DNA of 64,000 bases from Minisyncoccota bacterium (GCA_965222235.1 OZ244939.1:323396-387395), one strand, 5' to 3'; shown: positions 41,359 to 51,858, counted from the first letter of the stretch. Notes: generated by a model from the letters alone, not told the origin. Numbers and translations are program-made.

Positions 41359-44300
41359 TTACACTGTCTGACGATCGGCGATTATCTGATTGATTATCTC
41401 AATAAGTGCGAAAATAACCTGTTTCAGAAGCGCGATATAGTCATTGTAGAGCGAACTGTAGAGCTCGGGTGTGAGCACTCCCGTTATCGGAAGACCCTTT
41501 GACTCCTCATAGCACATAATCGCCCGGTGTGTCAGCGCACCGAAACGGTCCACTTCCTCCCCGTCTGAGCCGGCACCGTCTGTCGCAACCGGACATACTG
41601 TCTGGTTGAGCAGCTTCTGCGCCGATCGGATCTCGTCGGATGAATCGCCCAGGCGGTATGTCTGCACTATATTCCCATGAACATCGTCAATGATGGACGG
41701 CAGGGTGATATCGTTAAAAGATACCGGATTCTTCTGCTGTTCGGGAAGCAGCGAAGGCGCTTCCGTAAAAGATACCGGATCCTTCTGCTGTTCGGGAAGC
41801 AGCGAAGGCGCTTCCGTTGCAAGCACGCCGGACCATCCGCCGCCGCCGCTTCGGCCTCTTGTTTTCTTCTTTTTATTTCCTGTTCCATCGTTGCTGGTAT
41901 CGTCGGCAGTATCATCAGATCCACCGTTGTCAGTACCGGTATCGTCGGTGACAGTGTGGTCATCATTCTCGCCGTTCTGCCCGTCATTCTCCCGCTGATT
42001 GTTCAGGGGGGTTGACGGAGGCTGCGCCGATTGTTCGGGCTGGGGAGATGCAGCGACTTCAACTGTTTGCTCCGCCGTGCCGGTGTTCCCTGCCGCATCC
42101 GTCGCGGTGTAGGTGATGATGTAGGTACCGGGGATGGAAGTGTCCGCTGTGCCGGCAACTATCACGGTCTCTCCGCCGTTTGCGGTTGCAGTCAAATCAA
42201 TATCAGTAATGCTGCTTCCCTCTTCAACTTCAATAACAGCGTCACCGTTCAGCGTAACAAGCGGTGCAACCGTGTCCCTAGTGAAGGAATCTGAAGTCAC
42301 ATGGGTGTTGTTGTTCGCCTGATCTGTCGCCCGCACACATACTTTGTAGGCAGCATCTGCCACGGGAACATCAACAGTCTGAGGAATATCGGTGTTGAAG
42401 CCGGTTGTGGTGTCGTTACAGACCGCAGTATCGGCAATGAGCGCGTAGGTAAGAGTGACTGATCCGCCGTCATCTGTTGCGACCGGTTCGATGATCAGAT
42501 CAACGGATGTCTTTGTCTCCTCTGTGTTCAGGTATCCATCGGTAAGCACTGAGGTGAACGAGGGAGCGCTGACAGTCGGCGCAATGGTGTCGGCAACAGG
42601 AATTACCGTCACTGTTCTTTCCTTTGTCGCTCTGTTTCCTGCCGCGTCTGTTGCGGTGTAGGTGATGGTGTACTGACCTGCAGTGTCTGTGTCTATTGTC
42701 TCCGGTGAGGCAGTGACAGTCACTCCTGGCTCAGATGCTGCTCCCGGGTCAGTGTAGGTGTCTCCTACGGTGAGAAGGAGAGGGTTGTTACCGGTAAGGG
42801 TGATGACCGGTGCAGTAGTGTCTATCGTTATTGAACTGTCGGTTTCCTCTGATGGGTCAAATGTATTTTCCGCCATATCAGTGAAAACACCGATGTCGTA
42901 GGTGACTGCTCCATCGGGAGTATCCGTAGTTACCGTGTAGGTTGCAGTGTAGGTGTTTCCGTTTGCGCCTACTTCAGCGTCGTTACCCGCTATCTGTACC
43001 GTCGGGGCCTGGCTGAGGGTCTCTGAGACCGTGAAGGTGAGGGTGAGCCTGTCTCCTTCTTTTGCGTAGGCATTGTCGGTATTTGATGTTGCGAGTGTCG
43101 GGGTTTCCGTCAGATACGGTGCAACCATGTCACTGATGAAGGAATCTGAAGTCACATGGGTGTTGTTGTTCGCCTGATCTGTCGCCCGCACACATACTTT
43201 GTAGGCAGCATCTGCCACGGGAACATCAACAGTCTGAGGAATATCGGTGTTGAAGCCGGTTGTGGTGTCGTTACAGACCGCAGTATCGGCAATGAGCGCG
43301 TAGGTAAGAGTGACTGATCCGCCGTCATCTGTTGCGACCGGTTCGATGATCAGATCAACGGATGTCTTTGTCTCCTCTGTGTTCAGGTATCCATCGGTAA
43401 GCACTGAGGTGAACGAGGGAGCGCTGACAGTCGGCGCAATGGTGTCGGCAACAGGAATTACCGTCACTGTTCTTTCCTTTGTCGCTCTGTTTCCTGCCGC
43501 GTCTGTTGCGGTGTAGGTGATGGTGTACTGACCTGCAGTGTCTGTGTCTATTGTCTCCGGTGAGGCAGTGACAGTCACTCCTGGCTCAGATGCTGCTCCC
43601 GGGTCAGTGTAGGTGTCTCCTACGGTGAGAAGGAGAGGGTTGTTACCGGTAAGGGTGATGACCGGGGGTGTGGTGTCAACGAAGATATTAGTGTTTGTGT
43701 TCGCGCTAGGGTTAATGACATTGCCAAAGTATGAGATCTCCCCTATATCGTAGGTAACTTCTCCGTTGGGAGTATTCTCAGTCACCATGTAGGTTGCTGT
43801 ATAGATGGTTCTGCCGCTTTCGGTTACTTCACCTACTTCTACTGCAGCGTCGTTACCCGCTATCTGTACCGTCGGGATCCGGTTGGGGTCCGCCCAAAAG
43901 ACGGTGAAGGTCAGGGTCAGAGTATCTCCTTCTTTAGCCTGATGGGACACGAGATTATTTGAGGTAAATTCTATGTCTGTAAAGAACTCTATTACTGTGA
44001 CAGTTCGTTTTTCCCTTACCTGATTACCTGCCTCGTCATCCGCTACATATGAAATGGTGTATTTACCTGCGGTGTCTGTGTCAACCGTTCCTGTTGGTGT
44101 GACGGTCTCTCCTGTGTCAGCAGTTGCTCCCGGGTCAGTGTAGGTGTCTCCCACATCGAGAAAGAGGATCTTGCTACCCTTGAGTGTGATGACCGGTGCA
44201 GTTGTGTCAACGACGATACTGCTTGTTACCGGAGAGGGATTAGTGGTTCTGCCGATAATGTCTGTGAACTCTCCGATGTCGTAGATAACCGGTCCCTCGG

Positions 44301-46107
44301 GAGTATCCGAAGCCACCGTGTAGACTACGGTGTAAACTCCGTTGTCGCTTGCATCCTCAATCTCCGTGTAGGCTGCGTGCTCTGCGTGGGCTCCGCTGTT
44401 TCTTGACGATACTATTTTCTTGCCCGCTATGGTAACAGTTGGTGCCGTTACGAGTTCCGCGGAGGGGACGAAGGTCAGGGCCAGAACATCTCTTTCCTTT
44501 GCAAAAACAGGGCTGGGGTTACCTGTGGTGAGGACCTCTAAAGAGAGTGAGAGGGGCTTGGCGTATACATTTCTCAATACCGCGACTCTGTTGCCTTCGT
44601 TGCCTACCATGTTTCCCGCAACATCCCTGATCTGGAAGTCAGCTCGAACGGCCGAAATTGAAGCTCTTGAGCAGTAAGCTTCATGGTCAATGAATTGGTA
44701 GTACCGGAGATAGGGACCGACTCCTCTGAAATCGGTAGATGTGATGGTGGCGGTTACAGATGCCTCTTCCTTGGTGGTTGAAAAAGAGGCGGAATTTATT
44801 GTAAGCCTGTTGCGACCCTTCTTCATTATAAATCCTCCGGTTTCATATGTATTACCTGCCGGACAGGTAGCTATTTCTGATATAGGGGTGTTCTCGGTTC
44901 CTGCCGCATCAAACCATACAGGTTCGTCGAAAGTGATCGTTATTGTTGCCGTGTCGTCATTAATGACATATTTTGCTGAGGTGATACGCGGTGGTAAGGT
45001 GTCGTCCACCAGAAGGACCTGCACTCTGACCGTTCGTGTCGTTGTGTCGATGTTCCCTGCCGCGTCTGTCGCGGTGTAGGTAATGGTGTAGTCACCTGCA
45101 GTGTCTGTGTCAACCGTTCCTGTTGGTGTGACCTCTACTCCTTCGGTAGCAGTTGCTCCCGGGTCAGTGTAGGTGTCGCCCACAGTGAGAAGGAGAGGGT
45201 TGTCTCCGGTAAGGGTGATGACCGGTGCAGTGGTGTCTATCATTATTGAATTGTCGGTTTCCTCAAATGGGTCAGCAGTGTTGTCCGCCATATCAGTGAG
45301 GATGCCGATGTTGTATGTGACTGCTCCATCGGGAGTATCCGTAGTTACCATGTAGGTTGCGGTGTAGGTGTTTCCGTTTGGGGTTACTTCAGTGCTGTTA
45401 CCCGCTATCTGCACCGTCGGGGTCTGGCTGAGGGTCTCTGAGGTCATGAAGGTGAGGGTTAGGGTGTCTCCTGCTTTTGCGTAGGCACTGTTGGCATTTG
45501 ATGAGGTGATGTCCTGTGTGATGATGGTCGGTACAGTGGCGTCTGTGGTGGTTACCTCTGCTGCTCTACGTGTTGAGACAACCTTGCCTCTTGCCATGTT
45601 TTCCGCAACATCCCTGATCTGGAAGTCAGCTTCTTCAAGTAGGTTAAAATCTCCTGAAGAACAGTAGGCTACCTGGTTAGTGAAGGGATAGTATTCAAGT
45701 CGGGGAGAGCTGGTTCCGAAACTGGCAGCTGTGATGGTGACGGTTACGGATGCTCCTTCCTCTGTGGTTGGAAGAGAGACGGAATTTATTGCAAGCCTGC
45801 GCCCTCTCACCCTCAGTTCAAATCCTCCGGTTTCCTCTGATCTACCACCCTCCGTACAGGTAAATTCTTCTGATATAAGATTATTATCGGTTTCTGCCGC
45901 ATCAAACCATACCGGTTCGTTGAAGGTGACCGTTATTGTTTCCGTGTTATCGTCATTAGTAACATATGTGGCTGCAGTGAGATACGGTCGTGTGGTGTCA
46001 CTCGTGGCAAATATGGAGGTTGTCGTCGCTATCGTTACGGTGATACATGCAAGAATAGCCGCACCTATGTACAGCCTTGTTTTTATAGTGTTTTTTGTGT
46101 TATTCAT
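41359..46107 (-). CDS. Giant secreted surface protein (about 1583 aa) built from repeated Ig-like (DUF5011-like) modules with a C-terminal PG-binding-like domain
   Basis: Signal peptide MNNTKNTIKTRLYIGAAILACITVTIATTTSIFA. At least five modules carry PVITLTG(N/D)NPLLLTVGDTYTDPGA...TDTAG.YTITYTATDAAGN. A Gly/Asp/Thr-rich linker, then LGDSSDEIRSAQKLLN...DRFGALTHRAIMCYEESKGLPITG. Confidence 0.7.
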   Translation of the reverse strand: MNNTKNTIKTRLYIGAAILACITVTIATTTSIFATSDTTRPYLTAATYVTNDDNTETITVTFNEPVWFDAAETDNNLISEEFTCTEGGRSEETGGFELRVRGRRLAINSVSLPTTEEGASVTVTITAASFGTSSPRLEYYPFTNQVAYCSSGDFNLLEEADFQIRDVAENMARGKVVSTRRAAEVTTTDATVPTIITQDITSSNANSAYAKAGDTLTLTFMTSETLSQTPTVQIAGNSTEVTPNGNTYTATYMVTTDTPDGAVTYNIGILTDMADNTADPFEETDNSIMIDTTAPVITLTGDNPLLLTVGDTYTDPGATATEGVEVTPTGTVDTDTAGDYTITYTATDAAGNIDTTTRTVRVQVLLVDDTLPPRITSAKYVINDDTATITITFDEPVWFDAAGTENTPISEIATCPAGNTYETGGFIMKKGRNRLTINSASFSTTKEEASVTATITSTDFRGVGPYLRYYQFIDHEAYCSRASISAVRADFQIRDVAGNMVGNEGNRVAVLRNVYAKPLSLSLEVLTTGNPSPVFAKERDVLALTFVPSAELVTAPTVTIAGKKIVSSRNSGAHAEHAAYTEIEDASDNGVYTVVYTVASDTPEGPVIYDIGEFTDIIGRTTNPSPVTSSIVVDTTAPVITLKGSKILFLDVGDTYTDPGATADTGETVTPTGTVDTDTAGKYTISYVADDEAGNQVREKRTVTVIEFFTDIEFTSNNLVSHQAKEGDTLTLTFTVFWADPNRIPTVQIAGNDAAVEVGEVTESGRTIYTATYMVTENTPNGEVTYDIGEISYFGNVINPSANTNTNIFVDTTPPVITLTGNNPLLLTVGDTYTDPGAASEPGVTVTASPETIDTDTAGQYTITYTATDAAGNRATKERTVTVIPVADTIAPTVSAPSFTSVLTDGYLNTEETKTSVDLIIEPVATDDGGSVTLTYALIADTAVCNDTTTGFNTDIPQTVDVPVADAAYKVCVRATDQANNNTHVTSDSFISDMVAPYLTETPTLATSNTDNAYAKEGDRLTLTFTVSETLSQAPTVQIAGNDAEVGANGNTYTATYTVTTDTPDGAVTYDIGVFTDMAENTFDPSEETDSSITIDTTAPVITLTGNNPLLLTVGDTYTDPGAASEPGVTVTASPETIDTDTAGQYTITYTATDAAGNRATKERTVTVIPVADTIAPTVSAPSFTSVLTDGYLNTEETKTSVDLIIEPVATDDGGSVTLTYALIADTAVCNDTTTGFNTDIPQTVDVPVADAAYKVCVRATDQANNNTHVTSDSFTRDTVAPLVTLNGDAVIEVEEGSSITDIDLTATANGGETVIVAGTADTSIPGTYIITYTATDAAGNTGTAEQTVEVAASPQPEQSAQPPSTPLNNQRENDGQNGENDDHTVTDDTGTDNGGSDDTADDTSNDGTGNKKKKTRGRSGGGGWSGVLATEAPSLLPEQQKDPVSFTEAPSLLPEQQKNPVSFNDITLPSIIDDVHGNIVQTYRLGDSSDEIRSAQKLLNQTVCPVATDGAGSDGEEVDRFGALTHRAIMCYEESKGLPITGVLTPELYSSLYNDYIALLKQVIFALIEIINQIIADRQTV
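41722..41815. repeat. 47-nt perfect tandem duplication inside the giant gene (TEAPSLLPEQQK[D/N]PVSF x2)
   Basis: GATACCGGA(T/A)TCTTCTGCTGTTCGGGAAGCAGCGAAGGCGCTTCCGT(A/T)AAA is repeated twice back to back. Confidence 0.7.
42282..43665. repeat. Perfect 529-bp direct repeat (42282-42810 and 43137-43665; period 855 bp) within the giant gene
   Basis: The ORF track shows identical 68-aa ORFs at 42455-42661 and 43310-43516. The nucleotide identity was checked by eye across about 529 bp. It encodes the identical 176-aa segment PVITLTGNNPLLL...THVTSDSF twice. Confidence 0.9.
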
Positions 46108-46564
46108 GGTGTTTTTGTTGGTGTCATCACGGTATATTAATTGGCAGGATTGACGCTTTTTCATACACAATATATGCTAAAACCCTGTATATACAAGGTT
46201 TTCTAATGAAAATAGAGGTATGGTTTACGGTATTCAGTGTTTCTCCTGCACGTGAAAAATTGGTAATGTCACATACATTCAACTGATGCTATAGTAGCAT
46301 ATATAGTATATTTTGTCAATAAATCATCGCCTAAGTTCAAACAAATAATAGAACACTTGTCATATATACAGCAGGTAACACTGGGAAGCATTCCTGCTTC
46401 CTCTGCGGTGAATTGTGTATACCGTCAGGCAGGAGGAAGGCGGAGCATATTGTCTCTTTTTTAAAGTATTTTTAACTTCAACGCTATGCGCAAACACCAC
46501 CTGAACAACACAAAAGCGGGGATTCTGCTTCAAATAATCGGAGCTCAACCCTGAAATTGACTAT

Positions 46565-48655
46565 GTGTTACACTGTACGGTAATGTATCGGACACGCCGG
46601 GTAAGATATCACAAAATATTCCGCCATACCCCGTATTTGTACTTACTGATAGCACTGTGCATCAGTATCAGCACACCGCTTGCCGCTATTTCAGAACAGG
46701 AGATAGGTGCGAATCCGCCTATGACACTCACGGGAATATTGAGTTTAGAGAATACGAATATTGACACACTCATATATGACGCTGACACGCGTACCGGCGC
46801 CATTCTGCACGATGCTTTTTTCACTCTTAATGACACACTATATACCATCAGCCGCATAGAAGTAACGCCCGACAGATTTTCCCTGCAGATAAAACAAGAC
46901 GGTCAGGAGACGGATGAAGCAGCCGTCCTCGCCGATCGATATATTGTATTTAAAAAAGAATTCTCCGTCATAGGATACATTGACGCGAACATGGTCGCTC
47001 CGCATACTGCACATCCTGATATGGCATCAATACCGCTTGCCGCCGGGAACGGTCTGCAAAAAGACGATTTTCTCTCGGATCGCACGTTTGAAATAACAAC
47101 CGTTAAGCCGATTGTGAACAGATATCCGGAAGAACTGCAGCCGCTGCCGGATATAACGCGGCGCCTTGCGGACGGACCGATCACCCTGCACCTCACGGAA
47201 TACTACAAAGATCCGGAAGGTACGCAACTCTCATTCCGCTCGTCTCTTGACGGTCCGTGCTGTGTGGCGCACCACAGCATACAGGGAAACGTTCTCACTC
47301 TCACGCCGATTGGCGCGGGTGCAACGACAATTGAAGTGGAAGTGTACGACACCCCGGGATATTTGGAAACGGGGAGTATAGAGATTGAAATACTGCCGGG
47401 CGATTCACCGGCGGCAAAAGACAGTAATCCGCCGATTATCACAAACGAAAAAACTATTGAGGTATCCTCGGCCATAACACCCGCTGTAACAGTCACCGTT
47501 GATCATCAGGCGTATGCCGGAGAAAATTTGCAGGTCATTTTTGACGGTTCCGATGCCTGCAAACAGCTCTCCTCCGATACTGTTGAGGGCACAAGCATTG
47601 ATACAAGGCCGGCGAGAGCGATATACAGCGGGATTCTTACCGGCGGCACACAAACAACTCCCGCCGCTTACGGCTATCGGGAATCGGAACACATCGGAGA
47701 TCTCACACCGGCGACGGTTGAAATGAACGGTGTTGTGTATCGCATAACAGAACTGCTGTACGACACTAATCGGATAACACTGCGCACGGAGGAAGATGCG
47801 GAGGAGTCAGAGACAGCGGAAACCGAGACAGCAAAGAAATATCCCGCTTTATCCGATCACTATCTGATATTTAAAAATAACAATGAAACCCTGATCGGAT
47901 ATGCTGTTATAGAAACTTCTGCGGAAAACGGGGAGGCATTCAGTGTGCCGCTTGAGAGCGCGTCACCGCTGCGCAATCAACGATGGTTTGACGGCACGGC
48001 ACACACCGCCGTTGAACTCACCGCGAACAAACCCGGAGGCATGCGCGTCATTCCGCCGCAAACCTACACCGCGACAATTATCGGCCCGCCGGGAATCTAC
48101 AGCGGCTGCACTCTCACGGTGGAAAACCGTGCCGGTCATCGGGCGAAAAAGCCGGTGCCGCTCTCTACATTCACTGTTCTGCGAAGTGAAGAAGAGAAAG
48201 AAGCGGAACTGCGCCGACGGTACCCGAATGCATACGCACCGTTTGTTCCGGAACAGCAGACACCGAAAAAACAGTATTCCCTGTTCATCGCACATGAAGA
48301 GAAAGAAGACGCGAAAAAATTGCTGCTGATAGGAAAATTAGCATTGCGGTTGGCAGGTCCGGATATCAGCACCAGCAGCGTGCAAAAAGTTAATCTCGGC
48401 AGGAGATCAAACATTCCGGAAGTCCGCGACCTGCAGGTGTTCCTCAATCTCGCCGACTACACCGTGGCGCAAACCGGATGGGGATCCCGCGGCATGGAAA
48501 CAGAATATTTCGGACCGGCGACGGAAAGAGCGACAAAAGCGTTTCAAAAAGAAAATGGCATACAAGTCACCGGCGATTTAGATCAGGAAACTAAAACTAC
48601 GATACGCAATGCTGTTCTCATTAAAATAACAGAGTTTCTGAGCGACTGGCAATAA
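46565..48655 (+). CDS. Secreted repeat protein (about 690 aa) with a C-terminal peptidoglycan-binding domain
   Basis: Signal peptide (...LYLLIALCISISTPLAAISEQ), with an alternative start at 46583. Internal duplicated modules (YTISRIEVTPDRFSLQIK / YRITELLYDTNRITLRTEED). The C-terminus VRDLQVFLNLADYTVAQTGWGSRGMETEYFGPATERATKAFQKENGIQVTGDLD is PG_binding_1-like. Confidence 0.6.
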   Translation: MLHCTVMYRTRRVRYHKIFRHTPYLYLLIALCISISTPLAAISEQEIGANPPMTLTGILSLENTNIDTLIYDADTRTGAILHDAFFTLNDTLYTISRIEVTPDRFSLQIKQDGQETDEAAVLADRYIVFKKEFSVIGYIDANMVAPHTAHPDMASIPLAAGNGLQKDDFLSDRTFEITTVKPIVNRYPEELQPLPDITRRLADGPITLHLTEYYKDPEGTQLSFRSSLDGPCCVAHHSIQGNVLTLTPIGAGATTIEVEVYDTPGYLETGSIEIEILPGDSPAAKDSNPPIITNEKTIEVSSAITPAVTVTVDHQAYAGENLQVIFDGSDACKQLSSDTVEGTSIDTRPARAIYSGILTGGTQTTPAAYGYRESEHIGDLTPATVEMNGVVYRITELLYDTNRITLRTEEDAEESETAETETAKKYPALSDHYLIFKNNNETLIGYAVIETSAENGEAFSVPLESASPLRNQRWFDGTAHTAVELTANKPGGMRVIPPQTYTATIIGPPGIYSGCTLTVENRAGHRAKKPVPLSTFTVLRSEEEKEAELRRRYPNAYAPFVPEQQTPKKQYSLFIAHEEKEDAKKLLLIGKLALRLAGPDISTSSVQKVNLGRRSNIPEVRDLQVFLNLADYTVAQTGWGSRGMETEYFGPATERATKAFQKENGIQVTGDLDQETKTTIRNAVLIKITEFLSDWQ

Positions 48656-48662
48656 CAGATGC

Positions 48663-50165
48663 CTACTGTTTCTCATTAAGGAACGCGATATCCCGTTCAA
48701 ACTTCCGCGCGCTGGAAACAACAGCTCTGCAATAGTTCAACGCCACCCGGGAATCCCACCAACTTCCCGCATAGTAGCGCCGCGCCGCCCTGCATTCATC
48801 TGTAGCGGCGCCGAGGTGCTGCACATACAGCGCGGAAGCGAAGAATGCATCCCGCGGATTCCACGGATCAGACGGCATGTCCGATTTTGTCATCCTCCGC
48901 ACAACATCCCGCCGGCTGTCATAACGCCACGGTCCCGAATAGAAATTAAGCTGATTAATTGCGTTGCGCGTCGCCGGACCGACACTGCCGGTACCGCGGG
49001 TGTATCCGTACTGCCGCAGTATTCGTTTTGAATATTTATTCTGAAATGTAATAACCGCCTTACCGACCGCGTGTGTGTACTGATCCGTCTCATTACCGGG
49101 ACTTCCCGGACCGCTCTTTGCGACAGTAAAACCGTTTCTGTTGAGAAATTCCTGCAGCCGCCGCACATCGGAACCGTCGCTGCCGACCGACAGCCGTTTG
49201 TTCGTTCGAATAACGCCGGTAGTTGGCATGCATGTATTTGTCTTTTCGTTCAGTAAACCGCCGAGACATACCCATGTTGAAGGAATAAACTGCGCCGGAC
49301 CCATTGCGCCGCCCCAACCGAACCCGGGACTTTTGGAAACCGGCATATCTTCGGCGATGTAGCCGAGCGTTTCAATGATAAAAGGAAATACCGGAAAATC
49401 CCGCGTCGGATGCATGGGCGCCGTCAGATATGTTGCCGATCCGATATTGTGACCGAGCCGTGATTCGGTCCTGATGAGTCCGAGAAGAAACGCCGGCCGT
49501 ACGCCGGTTATCTCCGATACCTGCTCCGCATATCGCAGTGCCTGTTCAAACGAAAGTGCAACGCCGCCCCGTACGCCGAAAATCTTGTTTCGGATCGCTG
49601 CCGCCCTGTTCTCATACGAACCCGTCTGCTGCATCTCTTTTTCCGGTGAAGAAATATAGCTGAGGAGTGATCGCTTTTCTTCAATATATTCTTCAAGCTG
49701 CTCAATAAGGGCGTACTGCTGACGAACATAGCGCTCCCGCTCTCCTTTTTTATTTTCCAAAGAAACACTGTGTGCCTCAAGCCGCTCTCTCAGCGCATCT
49801 GATTCCGTCGTCTGCAATGGATGCCGCAAAACACCCGCCTCCCGTTCCGCATCCGCAATTTCACCGTTCAAATCACTTATGCTGTTGTTGTTTGAAGAAA
49901 AATTCAAAAGCAACGCCTCAATCTCCCGATCAATAAGACGGAGTGTGTGCTGCGCACGACTCCTTTCCTGCATCGCATCCGCCAAAAGCTTTTCCGCTTC
50001 CCCGATTCTTTTTTCGCAATCCTCAAGCGCCTTCTCCAAAATTTCCCTGTCAACACTAAGATTGGTAAAACAGCCTTCTCCCTCCGCATGTGCCGGCACA
50101 GTGCCCCCCGATACGGACAAAAACAGGCTTCCGAGGATGAATACATACAACCATGCCCCTTTCAT
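48663..50165 (-). CDS. Secreted coiled-coil protein with a lytic-transglycosylase-like (lysozyme-fold) region and a PG-binding domain
   Basis: Signal peptide MKGAWLYVFILGSLFLSVSGGTVPAHA. An N-terminal coiled coil of about 180 aa. TESRLGHN...GAMGPAQFIPSTW and ...ALYVQHLGA...RYYAGSWW resemble SLT motifs (E-S...G.MQ..P.T; YNAG). VRRLQEFLNRNGFTV...GNETDQYTHAVGKAVITFQ is PG_binding_1. Confidence 0.5.
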   Translation of the reverse strand: MKGAWLYVFILGSLFLSVSGGTVPAHAEGEGCFTNLSVDREILEKALEDCEKRIGEAEKLLADAMQERSRAQHTLRLIDREIEALLLNFSSNNNSISDLNGEIADAEREAGVLRHPLQTTESDALRERLEAHSVSLENKKGERERYVRQQYALIEQLEEYIEEKRSLLSYISSPEKEMQQTGSYENRAAAIRNKIFGVRGGVALSFEQALRYAEQVSEITGVRPAFLLGLIRTESRLGHNIGSATYLTAPMHPTRDFPVFPFIIETLGYIAEDMPVSKSPGFGWGGAMGPAQFIPSTWVCLGGLLNEKTNTCMPTTGVIRTNKRLSVGSDGSDVRRLQEFLNRNGFTVAKSGPGSPGNETDQYTHAVGKAVITFQNKYSKRILRQYGYTRGTGSVGPATRNAINQLNFYSGPWRYDSRRDVVRRMTKSDMPSDPWNPRDAFFASALYVQHLGAATDECRAARRYYAGSWWDSRVALNYCRAVVSSARKFERDIAFLNEKQ

Positions 50166-50450
50166 TTCGCGACGCACAACACGAAAACACACAGCAATCA
50201 TTGGCACCAGTATACCACAACCATCTTTTTGTTCCCTCATTCGCGACCGTGATCAGCGACGGCACTCGGATTGTTGAGATCAAAAGAGCCCCCCATGTCT
50301 CGCCCGTGGGTGCCGCCGCCGAACGGCAGAAAATACGTATGAGTGGTCACACCACCCTGCTACCCACAAAAAAAGCCCCGGTACTTCAGGGCTTTTTTCG
50401 GATATCTTGTGTGATATCTTGATACAAACTGATTCGGTTATTTCTCTGCC

Positions 50451-50933
50451 TTATTGATCACTGAATACACACGCTCCGGTATCCAGTTTTACAGACTCAC
50501 TCCATGTACCCAAGTCATCTCTTACTTGCACCCCTCTTGCATCCTCGTCAGTACCATTTACGCCATTGTGACGATACGGTCTGACACGGAAATAAACATC
50601 CTTGGCTTCGCCGTACGGATAGTACCAATTTCTCATTATCCAGCAGTAGTCCCAACGACTTGACCACGATGCCCGGTCGGCTCCCGCCTGTCTGGTGTAC
50701 GCCAAATCGTCATAATCATCTCCTTCAAAATAGCTAACAATACGATACCCGTCAGCTTGAGGATGCTTATCCCAACTGATAGTTAGGCCGCCGTTGTGAG
50801 TGAAGTTTGTTACCGGTGCAAGATATCCTCCGGCGAATACATGTTGCGCCAAAAACATCATACTCACAAGTGCAAAAGCGATAAGGCCGATTGTTAGTAA
50901 CAACCCCCCTGATGTATGTAATGCGTTATTCAT
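50451..50933 (-). CDS. Small secreted FN3-like protein; paralog of the gene at 40449-40967
   Basis: Signal anchor MNNALHTSGGLLLTIGLIAFALVSMMFLAQHVFA. Motifs are shared with 40449-40967. Confidence 0.55.
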   Translation of the reverse strand: MNNALHTSGGLLLTIGLIAFALVSMMFLAQHVFAGGYLAPVTNFTHNGGLTISWDKHPQADGYRIVSYFEGDDYDDLAYTRQAGADRASWSSRWDYCWIMRNWYYPYGEAKDVYFRVRPYRHNGVNGTDEDARGVQVRDDLGTWSESVKLDTGACVFSDQ

Positions 50934-51176
50934 ATTTTTTAATCATTTGACTGTTGATAATTTTTACCACACGAAAAATTTTCTTCTGTTCCTGTGGTCT
51001 AATGCATAGTATGACATATATTTAGATATTCATTACCGGGTGCGGATTTAAACCACGTAGCATCTTCATTTAAAACTGTGTTCAAAACAGATATTGGAAT
51101 TTGATTTACAGAAAATGCGATACAGGTACAGGTGCGCAAACGGATATTCAGTCAGCGGCGGCGTCTCAGATCCGAA

Positions 51177-51839
51177 CTACTTCCCCAGATTAACGGACAC
51201 CCCGCCGAAATCTTCCATGATCCAGTCAAACTCCTCCCTTGAAAAGTCCGGCCACAGGGTTTTGGTAAAGTAAAGCTCCGCATACGCCGCTTCCCACAGC
51301 AGAAAATTTGACAGCCGTCTCGCGTTCCCGGTTCGGATAATCAGATGGGGGTACGGCATGCCCTTCGTGCTCAGCACATCGCGGAACATGTCCTCATCAG
51401 CCGGTTTTCCCGCGGCGATAAGTATATTGGCGGCGCGCACAATATCCCACCGCGCACCGTACGAAAAAAGAATCCACAGCCGCAGACCCCGGTTCCGGCT
51501 CGTTTTCTCCCTGATTCTCTCCAGCGTTTTCCGGGCATGCGCGGGACATCGTTCAATATCCCCGATCGGCAGCACCCGCACATCCTCCCCGACGCGCAGA
51601 TCCTCCGACAGTAACTTGAATACCGCATTGATATCATCCGAGCCCCGGTTCCAATTCTCCGTGGAAAAGGCGTAGACCGCAACATCGGTAATCCGGTGCT
51701 TCCGCGCCCAGGATACGACATCAAAGAGCTTTGCAAGTCCCTCGGCATACCCTTCCTGCAGCGACACGCCGCGCCCCTTCGCCCACCGCCGATTGCCGTC
51801 AACGATAAGACCGAGACAGAAGGTGTGTGTATGCTCCAT
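51177..51839 (-). CDS. uppS: Undecaprenyl-diphosphate synthase (cis-isoprenyl transferase)
   Basis: LIVDGNRRWA, VYAFSTENWNR and LIIRTGNARRLSNFLLWEAAYAELYF are hallmark UppS boxes. ATG at 51839; the longer ORF reads through the antisense tRNA. Confidence 0.85.
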   Translation of the reverse strand: MEHTHTFCLGLIVDGNRRWAKGRGVSLQEGYAEGLAKLFDVVSWARKHRITDVAVYAFSTENWNRGSDDINAVFKLLSEDLRVGEDVRVLPIGDIERCPAHARKTLERIREKTSRNRGLRLWILFSYGARWDIVRAANILIAAGKPADEDMFRDVLSTKGMPYPHLIIRTGNARRLSNFLLWEAAYAELYFTKTLWPDFSREEFDWIMEDFGGVSVNLGK

Positions 51840-51858
51840 ATATATAGCGTCTGCTGCT

